A DNA stretch of 64,000 nt from Bacteroidota bacterium. GTDB taxonomy: Bacteria; Bacteroidota; Bacteroidia; UBA4408. The DNA is taken from the NCBI GenBank assembly GCA_016721765.1, contig JADKHO010000002.1, positions 927,141 through 991,140 of the forward strand, read 5' to 3'. Position numbers and translations under genes: made by a program. The notes under the pieces are model-generated. The model was not told the origin of the DNA and did no database searches. It saw only the letters and a program-made list of their open reading frames with translations. Of this stretch, positions 19,041 through 28,572 are shown piece by piece. Within the stretch, counting starts at the first letter, position 1, and each line of letters opens with the position of its first letter.

Positions 19041-22000
19041 TTATCTTAATTTTTCAATCTCAATTTTCAACAAGTCATTTTCCTTTTTAAGCTCAATCAT
19101 ATGCAAGGTAAGTTCCTCAACACTTTTTAATAGTTTCACTTGCATTTCTAACAAATCTACACCATTTTCTTGTGCTTCACATTCTGTTGGCATATCGGGT
19201 AAATGTTTGTTTTTTGCAATGAAAGCTTCAAGTTCATTTAGTGGCATCCTTTTATAATTTTTGTCAAACACATAATCTGCCCAACCTGCAGTTGCACCGA
19301 TATCTACCTTCACTCTTTCTGTTCGTATTCCGTGTGTAACGTACAAATCATAATCTGCTGAAAATCCACCTATTTTAATATCCTTACCTATACCAACTTT
19401 ACCGGTAGCAGTAATAATCATTTTAACATTTTGTAAAACTGAGGCATCTGTAGTAGTAACTTCACCGGAATTGTCACCCGGTATTGTTGCAAATCTTAAG
19501 TCACCTGCAAGTGACCCCATTATTACTGATGCCCCATTTCCTGAATTGTCTTTAAAGGTCCAAGTTCCAGCTTCTGAATTTGCTGCCTTTTGGCGTGCGG
19601 CATTAAAACCTAAATAATTGGTTATCCACTCATTTCCATAGCTCCAAAATCCACCCATCGAAATGCTACCAACCCCTTGTCCTACCTGAAATTGAGCATT
19701 TGGGGCATTATTACCAATTCCAACATTACCAAAACTATAATTATTTGCATTATCCAAAAAAGGTTTAATAAAAATGGAAGGTTGATTCGGATCACCAAAT
19801 AATGTTTTTCCATTGGCATTAATCGAAAAAACTTCATTATTTAAATTATTGGCTTTTAGAAAGCCTCCTATTAATTTTGTTACAGTAGAACTAGATATTA
19901 ATTGGGCAGTGTATGCTGGATCACTAGAGGTTTCAACTCGCAGCCCTTCTTCTCCCATAGGAGCAATTACATCTAAATAAGTGGATGGGATGCTTGTTCC
20001 AATACCCACTCTACCGGATGGCCTGTAAACATTAACACCATTCGTTTCCCATAAGCCAATTCCATTGAGCGTATTGGTGGAAACATAACTCAGTTTCCCA
20101 TTCGCATCCGATTGAACTAAATTATATGCATTTGGTCCATTTGCTAATCCCGAAATTCGCACCTCCCCTTGTACATCTAATTGTTCTTGCGGGTCATCGG
20201 TTCCAATTCCCACATAACTTGTGGTTAAAATACTTCCATCAAAAAAAGGTTTTATAAATAATGAAGGTTCGGTTGTTGTAACATCACTACCAATTCTTGT
20301 TTCACCATCTCCTTTAATTGAAAAAAGTTCTTGATCCCAACTTCCGTTAAATGAGGTGCCGCTTATTATTTTAGTGCGTATATCATATACCGAGAGTTGG
20401 GTGTTTTTTTGAGGATATAATCCTCCATTTGGCGTAGTTGTTAAAACTTTTAAGCCGGTATTTGCAACTGAATTAATGTTTGCTGTTACTTCCGGTGAAC
20501 CGCTTGGCACATAAGGGCCACCTATTTCAAAATGTTTTCCAACTCTAACTACCCCAGAGTTATAACCAGGATCTGTATTTGTGCAAATGGAAACGTCTCT
20601 TCCACAAAAATAATTTATTAAAAGCCCGTTGTTTGTGCCCCCATTATTATCGGTGCCTTGCACATCAATTAATCCACTTCCATCCCAAGGTGCCGAACCC
20701 ATTATTAGCGCTGAATTGGTGCTTCCTATAGGGTTGGATGGAAGTGAAGTCATAAATCCTTCAAATAAAAATTTGGTATTTGTCCCACCCAAATTTGGGC
20801 TAATACAGGTAGGCGCATTGGCATTGACTCTTCCAAAATACACTGTTTTTTCGCCAGCTATTGAGTCACTTATAATTTTTAAAGTTTTTGATGGATTTAA
20901 AGCTATCCCTGCTTCGGCACTTATTAATTTACTAAATTTTGTTCCGCTCGAAGTAAAACGCATTGTTTCGGAATTAAAACGCTTAAACACCAAATCTTTA
21001 TTATCAGCTGTACCAATATATTGGGTGGTGGGGTCAATACCTGTGTTACCGGACATTGACCAATCCTCACGCTCGGGTGCTATAATAAAAGCTGTTTTTT
21101 CGGTGGTACATCCTGCTGCATCCACTATCGCAACGGAATAAACACCTGCCGCAAGATTATTCGGGTTTTGAACATGCGAACCATTATTCCACGTATAAGT
21201 ATAAGGGGCTGTACCACTTGTTATAGATAAATTAATACTACCGTTGTTACATGTATTACATGATGTGTTTTTGTTATTAGAATATACAAATGGAGTTGCT
21301 GTTGCTGAAATTTCAGGCGATCGTGTCATTGATATATAAGCCCTATCTTCAGCACCATTTGCATCCATAACCAAGACGCCATAAACTCCTTCCTCTAATA
21401 CATCAGTTACATTTTGTGTACTTGGTCCATGCTCCCAAACAAAAGAGTAGGAATTAGTCCCACCTGAAACTTGTAAGTTAATAGAGCCGGCTATTCCACA
21501 CCCTATATTGTAATTTCCAACAACTTTAGGACTAGTAATACTTACAATATGTAAGACAGTTGGTTCAATTAAAGTTACGCTACCAAATGCTGTACAATTA
21601 GTAGCATCATGCACGGTAATTGAATAAGTTCCGGCACTTACATCAGTTATATTATCACTAGAAGTACTTCCATTGCTCCATAAATAAGTATAAGGTGGCA
21701 CACCTCCTGAAACTTCAACTTTAACTTCACCATCACTCCCACCATTTTCGGAAATATGATACCCACCATTTTTTTCAGTTGGAATTAAAGCTGCATTAAA
21801 TGGCTCAGGTTCAACCAAACCAATAGCCCTAACTACACTTGCCCCATTTGATGCAGTTACTGTAACACTATAGTCGCCTGCAATCAAATTTGAACGATTC
21901 CTTGTTGTAATTCCGTCATTCCAAACATAGGTGTATGGGGCGACTCCACCTGTTATAAACAAATTAATTGAGCCGGTGTTTGCACCGTGGCAACTTATAT

Positions 22001-22118
22001 TATAACCACCGACATACAAAGAAGGTGTTAACTGCACATCAAATTCCTGAGCGCTTACTGCTGAACTAAATAAAAGCATTAAAAATGCAGTTCTAAAAAG
22101 AAAGGATAATTTTTTCAT
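19041..22118 (-). CDS. Large secreted SprB-repeat protein with tail-fibre-like C-terminal coiled-coil domain
   Basis: It has four SprB-type repeats (GGVAPYTYVWNDG, GGVPPYTYLWSNG, GGTNSYSFVWEHG, GTAPYTYTWNNG). The C-terminus (WADYVF...HLPDMP...coiled coil) resembles the Bacteroidota 'tail fiber domain-containing protein' C-terminal module. Confidence 0.5.
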   Translation of the reverse strand: MKKLSFLFRTAFLMLLFSSAVSAQEFDVQLTPSLYVGGYNISCHGANTGSINLFITGGVAPYTYVWNDGITTRNRSNLIAGDYSVTVTASNGASVVRAIGLVEPEPFNAALIPTEKNGGYHISENGGSDGEVKVEVSGGVPPYTYLWSNGSTSSDNITDVSAGTYSITVHDATNCTAFGSVTLIEPTVLHIVSITSPKVVGNYNIGCGIAGSINLQVSGGTNSYSFVWEHGPSTQNVTDVLEEGVYGVLVMDANGAEDRAYISMTRSPEISATATPFVYSNNKNTSCNTCNNGSINLSITSGTAPYTYTWNNGSHVQNPNNLAAGVYSVAIVDAAGCTTEKTAFIIAPEREDWSMSGNTGIDPTTQYIGTADNKDLVFKRFNSETMRFTSSGTKFSKLISAEAGIALNPSKTLKIISDSIAGEKTVYFGRVNANAPTCISPNLGGTNTKFLFEGFMTSLPSNPIGSTNSALIMGSAPWDGSGLIDVQGTDNNGGTNNGLLINYFCGRDVSICTNTDPGYNSGVVRVGKHFEIGGPYVPSGSPEVTANINSVANTGLKVLTTTPNGGLYPQKNTQLSVYDIRTKIISGTSFNGSWDQELFSIKGDGETRIGSDVTTTEPSLFIKPFFDGSILTTSYVGIGTDDPQEQLDVQGEVRISGLANGPNAYNLVQSDANGKLSYVSTNTLNGIGLWETNGVNVYRPSGRVGIGTSIPSTYLDVIAPMGEEGLRVETSSDPAYTAQLISSSTVTKLIGGFLKANNLNNEVFSINANGKTLFGDPNQPSIFIKPFLDNANNYSFGNVGIGNNAPNAQFQVGQGVGSISMGGFWSYGNEWITNYLGFNAARQKAANSEAGTWTFKDNSGNGASVIMGSLAGDLRFATIPGDNSGEVTTTDASVLQNVKMIITATGKVGIGKDIKIGGFSADYDLYVTHGIRTERVKVDIGATAGWADYVFDKNYKRMPLNELEAFIAKNKHLPDMPTECEAQENGVDLLEMQVKLLKSVEELTLHMIELKKENDLLKIEIEKLR

Positions 22119-23236
22119 GAGGTAGCGTTTTAGTTATAAATTGGGATAAAAGGATTGGCGATACAAGGTTGAACAAAGGATTTTGGATTGTCAATACTCA
22201 AAAAGGATGATATTTGAGTGATTACAAAAAAGGCGCTTGGAAATTGCTTAGAAAGAGAATGGGTAGTTCTTATCATGTAGTTCGGTTTTAAAAATTAAAA
22301 CTCCAACCTTACATTTTTCACTCAATTTTTTAAGTGAAAATCCTTCTAAGTAAAAAGCCTAAATAAAATGCATTTGGGCGATGAATTATTTGATGGGGTC
22401 AATTAAAGAAAAATAAATTGAAATGTCAATCCGTATTTCTACGGAAAATTCAATTATTTTTTGGATAGCTACAAACCAATGATAGAAAGGAATCAAACAA
22501 TTTATTTGCGAATATCGCAAATTTTTGTTTAAATTTTTTTCGGCAGATTTGATAAAACAGGAGCAAAATATTGGCGATTTTAGCGGGAACGAAAAGCAAG
22601 AAAAAAACTCCCTTTTTTTTAGAAATAAAACATGCCATTTTTTACTTCCAATTCATTTAATAATTTTCTTTGAGCGGCTAATTATTTATCTAAGCATGAA
22701 ATAGATTTAAGGCAAAATACTCCTGTCGCAAATTGTTTTTTGCATTGTTGCCTGCAAGCTTTTATAATGGCTAAACCCAATTTCATTTTTCTGGATTCTG
22801 AATTAGAGCGATTTTGATGTTATAACTTGTTGTAGCAAGATAACTGCTAAAGATTTCTAGGCATTTTATTTTCGAAAAATCAAATAGCTGCTTTTATACT
22901 TTTATTTCAAGCTTTAACTAAGCTATTCCTAATCAAACAAAAATAATTGCTGGCTTTTCGAAGAAATTTCGAATAGCTCCCAAACGATTACTCAATTCAA
23001 ACACAGTTTAACTCGATGTGAATTAAAAATAACGGACTTTATCCAAGCAATTCTAGACTTCTCACTTAAAATAATGGATTGTTGCCAATGTATTTCTGAT
23101 AATTTGAAGCTTTTTGGAGCATATTACAAGAGTTTTTCTAAAGTGTAACCTGTTTGCATAGTATTTTAATGTTATTTAGATGGCATTTTTATGCCTTTTA
23201 CATACCATTTACATAGATTTTAATGTTATTTACAGG

Positions 23237-23380
23237 CTTATCCGTAACAATAACACAGTTTTATACAAGAATTACAGACTTATCCGTAACAATAACACGG
23301 TTTATCACATTAATAACTCATTTATCCGTAACAATAATTCATTTTTTCGAATCAATTACAGACTTAGCCGTAACAAATAA
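23237..23380. repeat. Iteron array: 4 copies of (A)CAGrCTTAtCCGTAACAAtAA at exact 42-bp spacing
   Basis: The copies start at 23237, 23279, 23321 and 23363. They lie in a 2-kb non-coding region between divergent genes. Confidence 0.7.
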
Positions 23381-24080
23381 GTGCTGTAAACTACTGAATT
23401 TACACGGTTTTATGAAATGGGATGATAAATTCCACGCATTTTAGCTTAGTGTCGCTCACATTTGAATTAGGCAATTGCTAAAAGATATCATTTTCACCGT
23501 TTCCTGACTTGCGCATTTCCATTTCAGAAAACAAAAAAACTCAAGCCAAATTTTGCTTTTTGTGTTTTACAATTTTCGAATATTTTTCTCCCCCATTTTC
23601 CAAAATCTGACGGAATTTTCCGGTCCCGTTTTTTGCAGAAATCGCAAAAATAGTTAGCAATCATTTACCAGCGTTGAGCTACAGCTATTTTTAAGATAGT
23701 TGCATTTTCCGTATTTCTACGGATTGATAATTCGATTATTTTTTTATTGCTTTAGCGGGATTTAATTTATTAAAGTGGCTAGGGATAAATTTGAGTTCTT
23801 TGAATTATTTTGATAAATAACATTAAAACAAGCTGAAAGCAATAATAAAAGTGGATAAACTATCTTGATAAATTTTTTAAGACCTAATAATGCACTTTAT
23901 TTTGGGTAAATAGGGATTGAAAATATAAAATATTCTTTTTGAAAGCACCTGAAAAATATTATGATGGAATAGAGTGGATAATTCCAATAATTACAGATTT
24001 AGTGTCTGATAAATTATCAGCAAAAGAAATAATTAAAAAAGTAATCACAATTATTCAAACAATAAATAAATAAATAGGTC

Positions 24081-24572
24081 ATGGCAAGAAAAACATTCTT
24101 TAGCTTCCATTATGAAAATGATGTATGGAGAGCAAATCAAGTTAGAAATAGTTGGGTAACCAAGGACAATAACGAAGCGGCTGGCTTTATTGATTTTGCA
24201 GATTTTGAGAAAGTAGAGAAAGAAGGAGAGACTGCAATAAAGCAATGGATAGATAAACAGCTTGAAGGAACTTCTGTAACTGTTGTATTGATTGGTTCAG
24301 ACACCAACAATCGTCCGTATGTAAAATATGAGTTAGAAAAAAGCTGGGAAAAGGGCAATGGCATTTTGGGTATTTATATTCATCAACAAAAGAATAAAGA
24401 CGGGAAAATTGATAAAAAGGGAAGTAATTCATTTGGCCCTCTCTTTAAAAAGAGTTCTGATGACAAGCAATATTTTTGGGAACGATTTGAAACTTATGAC
24501 TGGGTTGATGATGACGGTTATAATAACATGGGAAAATGGATTGAATTAGCAGCAAAAAAAGCAGGTAGATAA
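24081..24572 (+). CDS. ThsB-like TIR domain protein (DUF1863/MTH538 TIR-like)
   Basis: The N-terminal motif FFSFHYENDVWRANQVRNSW and the overall ~160-200 aa layout match Thoeris ThsB-type TIR proteins. It is the first of three tandem paralogs. Confidence 0.65.
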   Translation: MARKTFFSFHYENDVWRANQVRNSWVTKDNNEAAGFIDFADFEKVEKEGETAIKQWIDKQLEGTSVTVVLIGSDTNNRPYVKYELEKSWEKGNGILGIYIHQQKNKDGKIDKKGSNSFGPLFKKSSDDKQYFWERFETYDWVDDDGYNNMGKWIELAAKKAGR

Positions 24573-25195
24573 TGGCAAGATATGTTTTTTTTAGTTTCGC
24601 TTATGACGATGTAAAGAACTTCAAAGTAAACGTTGTTCGGCACAGTTGGCTAATCAATAAAAATGAAGAAACTTTTATTGATGGTTCAATTTGGGAAAAG
24701 GATAAAACCAAAGGTTCAATAGCAATAATGAAGCTTATTGAGAATGGTTTAAACAAAACATCGGTAACGGCAATTCTAATTGGAGAAGAAACGGCAAATA
24801 GGCGTTGGGTTAATTATGAACTAATAAAAAGTTTTGACCGAGGAAACGGAATTTTAGGAGTTTATATTAATAGAATCAGAGGCAAACAACAAGCAATTTC
24901 AGCAAGAGGCCTTAATCCACTTGACCGTCTTGCATTTCAAATTTCAGAGGATGGAAGGAAAATTCGGTTTTATGAATTGATAAATCGCAAATGGGTCGTT
25001 TACTCTGACTTACCTGAAATAAATAATAAGAAGTCAAATACACTTTACTTTGAAGATAGCTTTTGGAAGGGTAATGATTTTGGAAAATCATTTCGCTTTT
25101 CTGAAATGTTCAATACTTTTTGTTGGATAAATGATGATGGACACAAAAACTTTTCATCTTGGGTTGAAGAAGCGGCAAATGAAGCAGGACGATAA
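24572..25195 (+). CDS. ThsB-like TIR domain protein (DUF1863)
   Basis: It has FFSFAYDDVKNFKVNVVRHSW...SVTAILIGEETANRRWVNYE...WVEEAANEAG. This is the closest in the window to the canonical ThsB pattern. Its start overlaps the previous gene's stop. Confidence 0.7.
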   Translation: MARYVFFSFAYDDVKNFKVNVVRHSWLINKNEETFIDGSIWEKDKTKGSIAIMKLIENGLNKTSVTAILIGEETANRRWVNYELIKSFDRGNGILGVYINRIRGKQQAISARGLNPLDRLAFQISEDGRKIRFYELINRKWVVYSDLPEINNKKSNTLYFEDSFWKGNDFGKSFRFSEMFNTFCWINDDGHKNFSSWVEEAANEAGR

Positions 25196-25212
25196 ACATA
25201 AAATATATTTTC

Positions 25213-25590
25213 ATGAGTAAATCAATTTTTATTAGTTGCGTTTTTGAAGACAGTCATAGAATTGAGTCAATAAAAAAATGGGCTATGAACAACCGACTTG
25301 GGGATGTAATAATTACCCATGAAACGGAAGATAAACGCCCACTTGGTAAAGATGCAATCAAGAAACATATTCAAAGCAAAATTGAAGGCGCTGCCATAAT
25401 ATTAGTATTGATTGGACAAGACACACATAATCATGAATGGATTGAAGCAGAAGTTGAGCTTGCAAACAGTTTTCATAAAGAAATTATTTGCGTTAGAGTT
25501 CCTCAAACCAAAGGTGCAGCTCCAATTTTGCTGGCAAATAAACGTTTAATTAGTTTTGACCCTGACGCTATTAAAAAGCTAATTTCATAG
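25213..25590 (+). CDS. Short TIR-like (DUF1863-like) protein
   Basis: It has an IFISCVFEDS start with an AIILVLIGQDTHNHEWIEAEVELA core. It is 125 aa. Confidence 0.5.
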   Translation: MSKSIFISCVFEDSHRIESIKKWAMNNRLGDVIITHETEDKRPLGKDAIKKHIQSKIEGAAIILVLIGQDTHNHEWIEAEVELANSFHKEIICVRVPQTKGAAPILLANKRLISFDPDAIKKLIS

Positions 25591-25852
25591 ACTATACTTA
25601 AACAGAATAAAGAGACAAAAAGCACAGAGCAAATGGATCATTTGAAAAAAGATAGATATCAAGTTCCGTAGATTATTTTTACAACGTACGTCTTTTTTAA
25701 TTCAATTTTATTGCCATCTCACAAATAATAAATTTGGTTTTGCCTAAGTCATAAGCAAAACCTTTGTAAACATTTATTGTCCACGCAACAACAATAACTT
25801 TAAGTATTTATAACTTAGCAAATTCCTAGACTTAAAATACTTATACCCAAAA

Positions 25853-27415
25853 ATGGCAAAACAAAAAAAAGAAGTAAAAGAAAAAAGCATTGAAGTTACC
25901 CTTTGGGAAGCAGCTAATAAATTGAGAGGTAGCGTAGAGCCTGCCGAATACAAACACGTAGTATTAGGCCTGATTTTCTTAAAGTTTGCCAGTGACAAGT
26001 TTGAAGAACATCGAGCCAAATTGATTGCAGAAGGCAAAGACAAATACCTTGAACTGGCTGACTTCTACAATATGAGCAACGTATTCTTTTTGGAAGAAAC
26101 AAGCCGGTGGAGTCTCCTTATAAAAAAGTCAAAACAAAACGACATTGCATTGCTCATTGACACAGCATTGCATACTATTGAAAAAAACAACAAAGCACTG
26201 AAAGGTGCATTGCCCGACAATTACTTTTCTCGTTTGGGTTTGGATGTAACCAAACTAGCTTCTTTGCTTGATACCATTAACGACATTGACACCATCAAAG
26301 ACCCGAAGCAAGATGTTGTTGGGAAAGTGTATGAATACTTTCTTTCAAAATTTGCATTGGCAGAAGGAAAAGGCAAAGGAGAATTTTACACCCCCAAAAG
26401 CATTGTAAACCTGATTGCCGAAATGATTGAACCTTACAAGGGAATTATCTATGACCCAGCTTGTGGTTCGGGTGGAATGTTTGTGCAGAGTATTAAGTTT
26501 ATTGAAGCACACCACGGCAACAAAAAAGAAATTAGCATTTACGGACAGGAATACACCAACACGACTTACAAACTGGCGAAAATGAATTTGGCCATTAGAG
26601 GCATTAGTGGCAATCTTGGTGAAAAAGCTGCCGACACTTTTGCAGACGATCAACACAAAGACCTTAAAGCAGATTACATAATGGCTAATCCACCTTTTAA
26701 CCAAAAAGATTGGCGTGCCGAGAACGAATTGAAAGACGACCCACGTTGGAGAGGCTATGATGTGCCTCCCAAAAGCAACGCCAATTATGGTTGGATATTA
26801 AATATGGTTTCTAAACTTTCCGACAATGGTATTGCAGGTTTTATATTGGCAAACGGTGCATTGAGTGGCGGTGGCGAAGAATATAAAATACGCAGAAAAC
26901 TGATTGAAAATAAATTGGTGGAAGCCATTTTGGTATTGCCACGTAATTTGTTTTATACCACCGACATCAGCGTTACGCTTTGGATTGTGAACAAAAACAA
27001 AAAAGCACAAAATAAAAAAGTGGGAGTCGAAACCCGCAACAACCGTGACCGTGAAAAGGAAATCTTATTTATGGATTTGCGACAAATGGGCGAACCATTT
27101 GAAAAGAAATACACACAGTTTTCTGAGACTGATATTCAAAAAGTAACAAGTACATACCACCAATGGCAAACTAAAAATATTGAAAACGTTCCTGAATTCT
27201 GCTATTCGGCAACGTTTGATGAAGTAGCCAAAAAAGATTTTTCACTCGTTCCGAGCAAATACATTGAGTTTGTAAACCGTGACGAGAATATTGACTTTGA
27301 CAAAAAAATGCAAATCCTGCAAAACGAATTTGCAGGATTACTAAAAGCAGAAGCTAATTCAAAAAATGATTTACTAACCGTGTTTAAAGAATTGGGTTAT
27401 GAAATCACATTATAA
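25853..27415 (+). CDS. hsdM: Type I restriction-modification system DNA methyltransferase subunit
   Basis: It has an N6-adenine MTase catalytic motif NPPF (IMANPPFNQ) and an AdoMet motif (DPACGSGGMF). It is 520 aa and has HsdM N- and C-domains. Confidence 0.9.
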   Translation: MAKQKKEVKEKSIEVTLWEAANKLRGSVEPAEYKHVVLGLIFLKFASDKFEEHRAKLIAEGKDKYLELADFYNMSNVFFLEETSRWSLLIKKSKQNDIALLIDTALHTIEKNNKALKGALPDNYFSRLGLDVTKLASLLDTINDIDTIKDPKQDVVGKVYEYFLSKFALAEGKGKGEFYTPKSIVNLIAEMIEPYKGIIYDPACGSGGMFVQSIKFIEAHHGNKKEISIYGQEYTNTTYKLAKMNLAIRGISGNLGEKAADTFADDQHKDLKADYIMANPPFNQKDWRAENELKDDPRWRGYDVPPKSNANYGWILNMVSKLSDNGIAGFILANGALSGGGEEYKIRRKLIENKLVEAILVLPRNLFYTTDISVTLWIVNKNKKAQNKKVGVETRNNRDREKEILFMDLRQMGEPFEKKYTQFSETDIQKVTSTYHQWQTKNIENVPEFCYSATFDEVAKKDFSLVPSKYIEFVNRDENIDFDKKMQILQNEFAGLLKAEANSKNDLLTVFKELGYEITL

Positions 27416-28565
27416 ACCATTGGGTAAATACATACAACTTGTTGTAGGTCGCAACAATGAGTTGGGAGATTTACCATTAATGGGCTTGAGTATTTCAAAA
27501 AAATTTATTCCTTCTATTGCGAATACAATAGGAACTGATATGTCAACATACAGAACCATTTATAAAAATCAGTTCGCTTATGGTCCTGTAACATCAAGAA
27601 ACGGAGATAAATTTACAATTGCTTTGTTTAATGATTATGACAAAGCGTTGATTTCACAAGCATATATTCCTTTTGAAGTAAAAGACAGCAACGAACTTGA
27701 ACCCGAATATTTGATGATGTGGTTTCGCAGACCTGAGTTTGACCGTTACGCAAGATTTAAAAGTCACGGCAGTGCAAGAGAAATTTTTGATTGGGAAGAA
27801 ATGTGTAATACACTTCTGCCAGTTCCCCACCCCGACAAACAACGAGAAATAGTAAAAGAATACAACACCATACAAAACCGCATAGCACTCAACCAGCAAC
27901 TGATACAAAAACTCGAAGAAACCGCACAAGCTATTTATAGGCAGTGGTTTGTGGAAGGTATTGATTTACAGAATTTGCCAGAGGGGTGGACAATTGGTGA
28001 TTTAAGTATGATTTCCAAAAAAATATTTAGCGGTGGTACTCCGTCAACTGAAGTTGATGAATATTGGAATGGTGATTATTACTGGTTTTCTTCTGGTGAG
28101 ACTGGCTATAAATATATTCTTAGTACAGAAAAAAAAATCACTAAGGAAGGTATAAAGAACTCTACCACAAAAAAAACACAAAGATTAAGTACTGTAATTG
28201 CAACTGCGGGTCAGGGTAAAACTAGAGGTCAATCTGCTCTAATTTTTAATGATGTTTATATTAACCAATCTGTTATCTCTGTAGAACCAATAAGTACTGA
28301 ATATTCATATTTCATTTTCCTGAACATTAATTCAAGATACGAGGAATTAAGAAATGATTCTGATGCTCAAAGTATCAGAGGTAGCATCAATTCAAATGAC
28401 ATTAAAGGGTTGTCAACGATAGTGCCACTAAATGACATTATGCTAAAGTTTCACAAGACCGTTTCTCCTTTTTTTGAAATAATTGAGAATAAAATGAAAC
28501 AAAACCAAATGCTAAAGGAACTGAAAGATTTGCTTCTTTCGAAATTAGCGACAATAGAAAATTAA
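27399..28565 (+). CDS. hsdS: Type I restriction-modification specificity subunit
   Basis: It has two target-recognition domains separated by a conserved central helical repeat. It overlaps hsdM by 17 nt. Confidence 0.8.
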   Translation: MKSHYKPLGKYIQLVVGRNNELGDLPLMGLSISKKFIPSIANTIGTDMSTYRTIYKNQFAYGPVTSRNGDKFTIALFNDYDKALISQAYIPFEVKDSNELEPEYLMMWFRRPEFDRYARFKSHGSAREIFDWEEMCNTLLPVPHPDKQREIVKEYNTIQNRIALNQQLIQKLEETAQAIYRQWFVEGIDLQNLPEGWTIGDLSMISKKIFSGGTPSTEVDEYWNGDYYWFSSGETGYKYILSTEKKITKEGIKNSTTKKTQRLSTVIATAGQGKTRGQSALIFNDVYINQSVISVEPISTEYSYFIFLNINSRYEELRNDSDAQSIRGSINSNDIKGLSTIVPLNDIMLKFHKTVSPFFEIIENKMKQNQMLKELKDLLLSKLATIEN

Positions 28566-28572
28566 AAAAAAT

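Noticed and set aside
22450-22638. 62-aa ORF in the non-coding region
   Set aside because: It is hydrophobic and low-complexity, with no RBS context. It overlaps the palindrome-rich putative regulatory DNA, so it is most likely spurious.
23180-23444. Two overlapping + strand ORFs (66 and 73 aa) and a possible CRISPR-like array over the repeated CCGTAACAATAA units
   Set aside because: Their peptide repetitiveness just mirrors the 42-bp DNA iterons. The repeats are ~17-28 bp with ~14-25 bp 'spacers' that are themselves partly conserved, and there are no cas genes. These are iterons or binding sites, not coding or CRISPR.
24081-25590. Calling the three TIR genes a complete Thoeris system
   Set aside because: There is no ThsA (SIR2-SLOG or Macro-TM) gene adjacent or elsewhere in the window, so I annotated them as ThsB-like components only.
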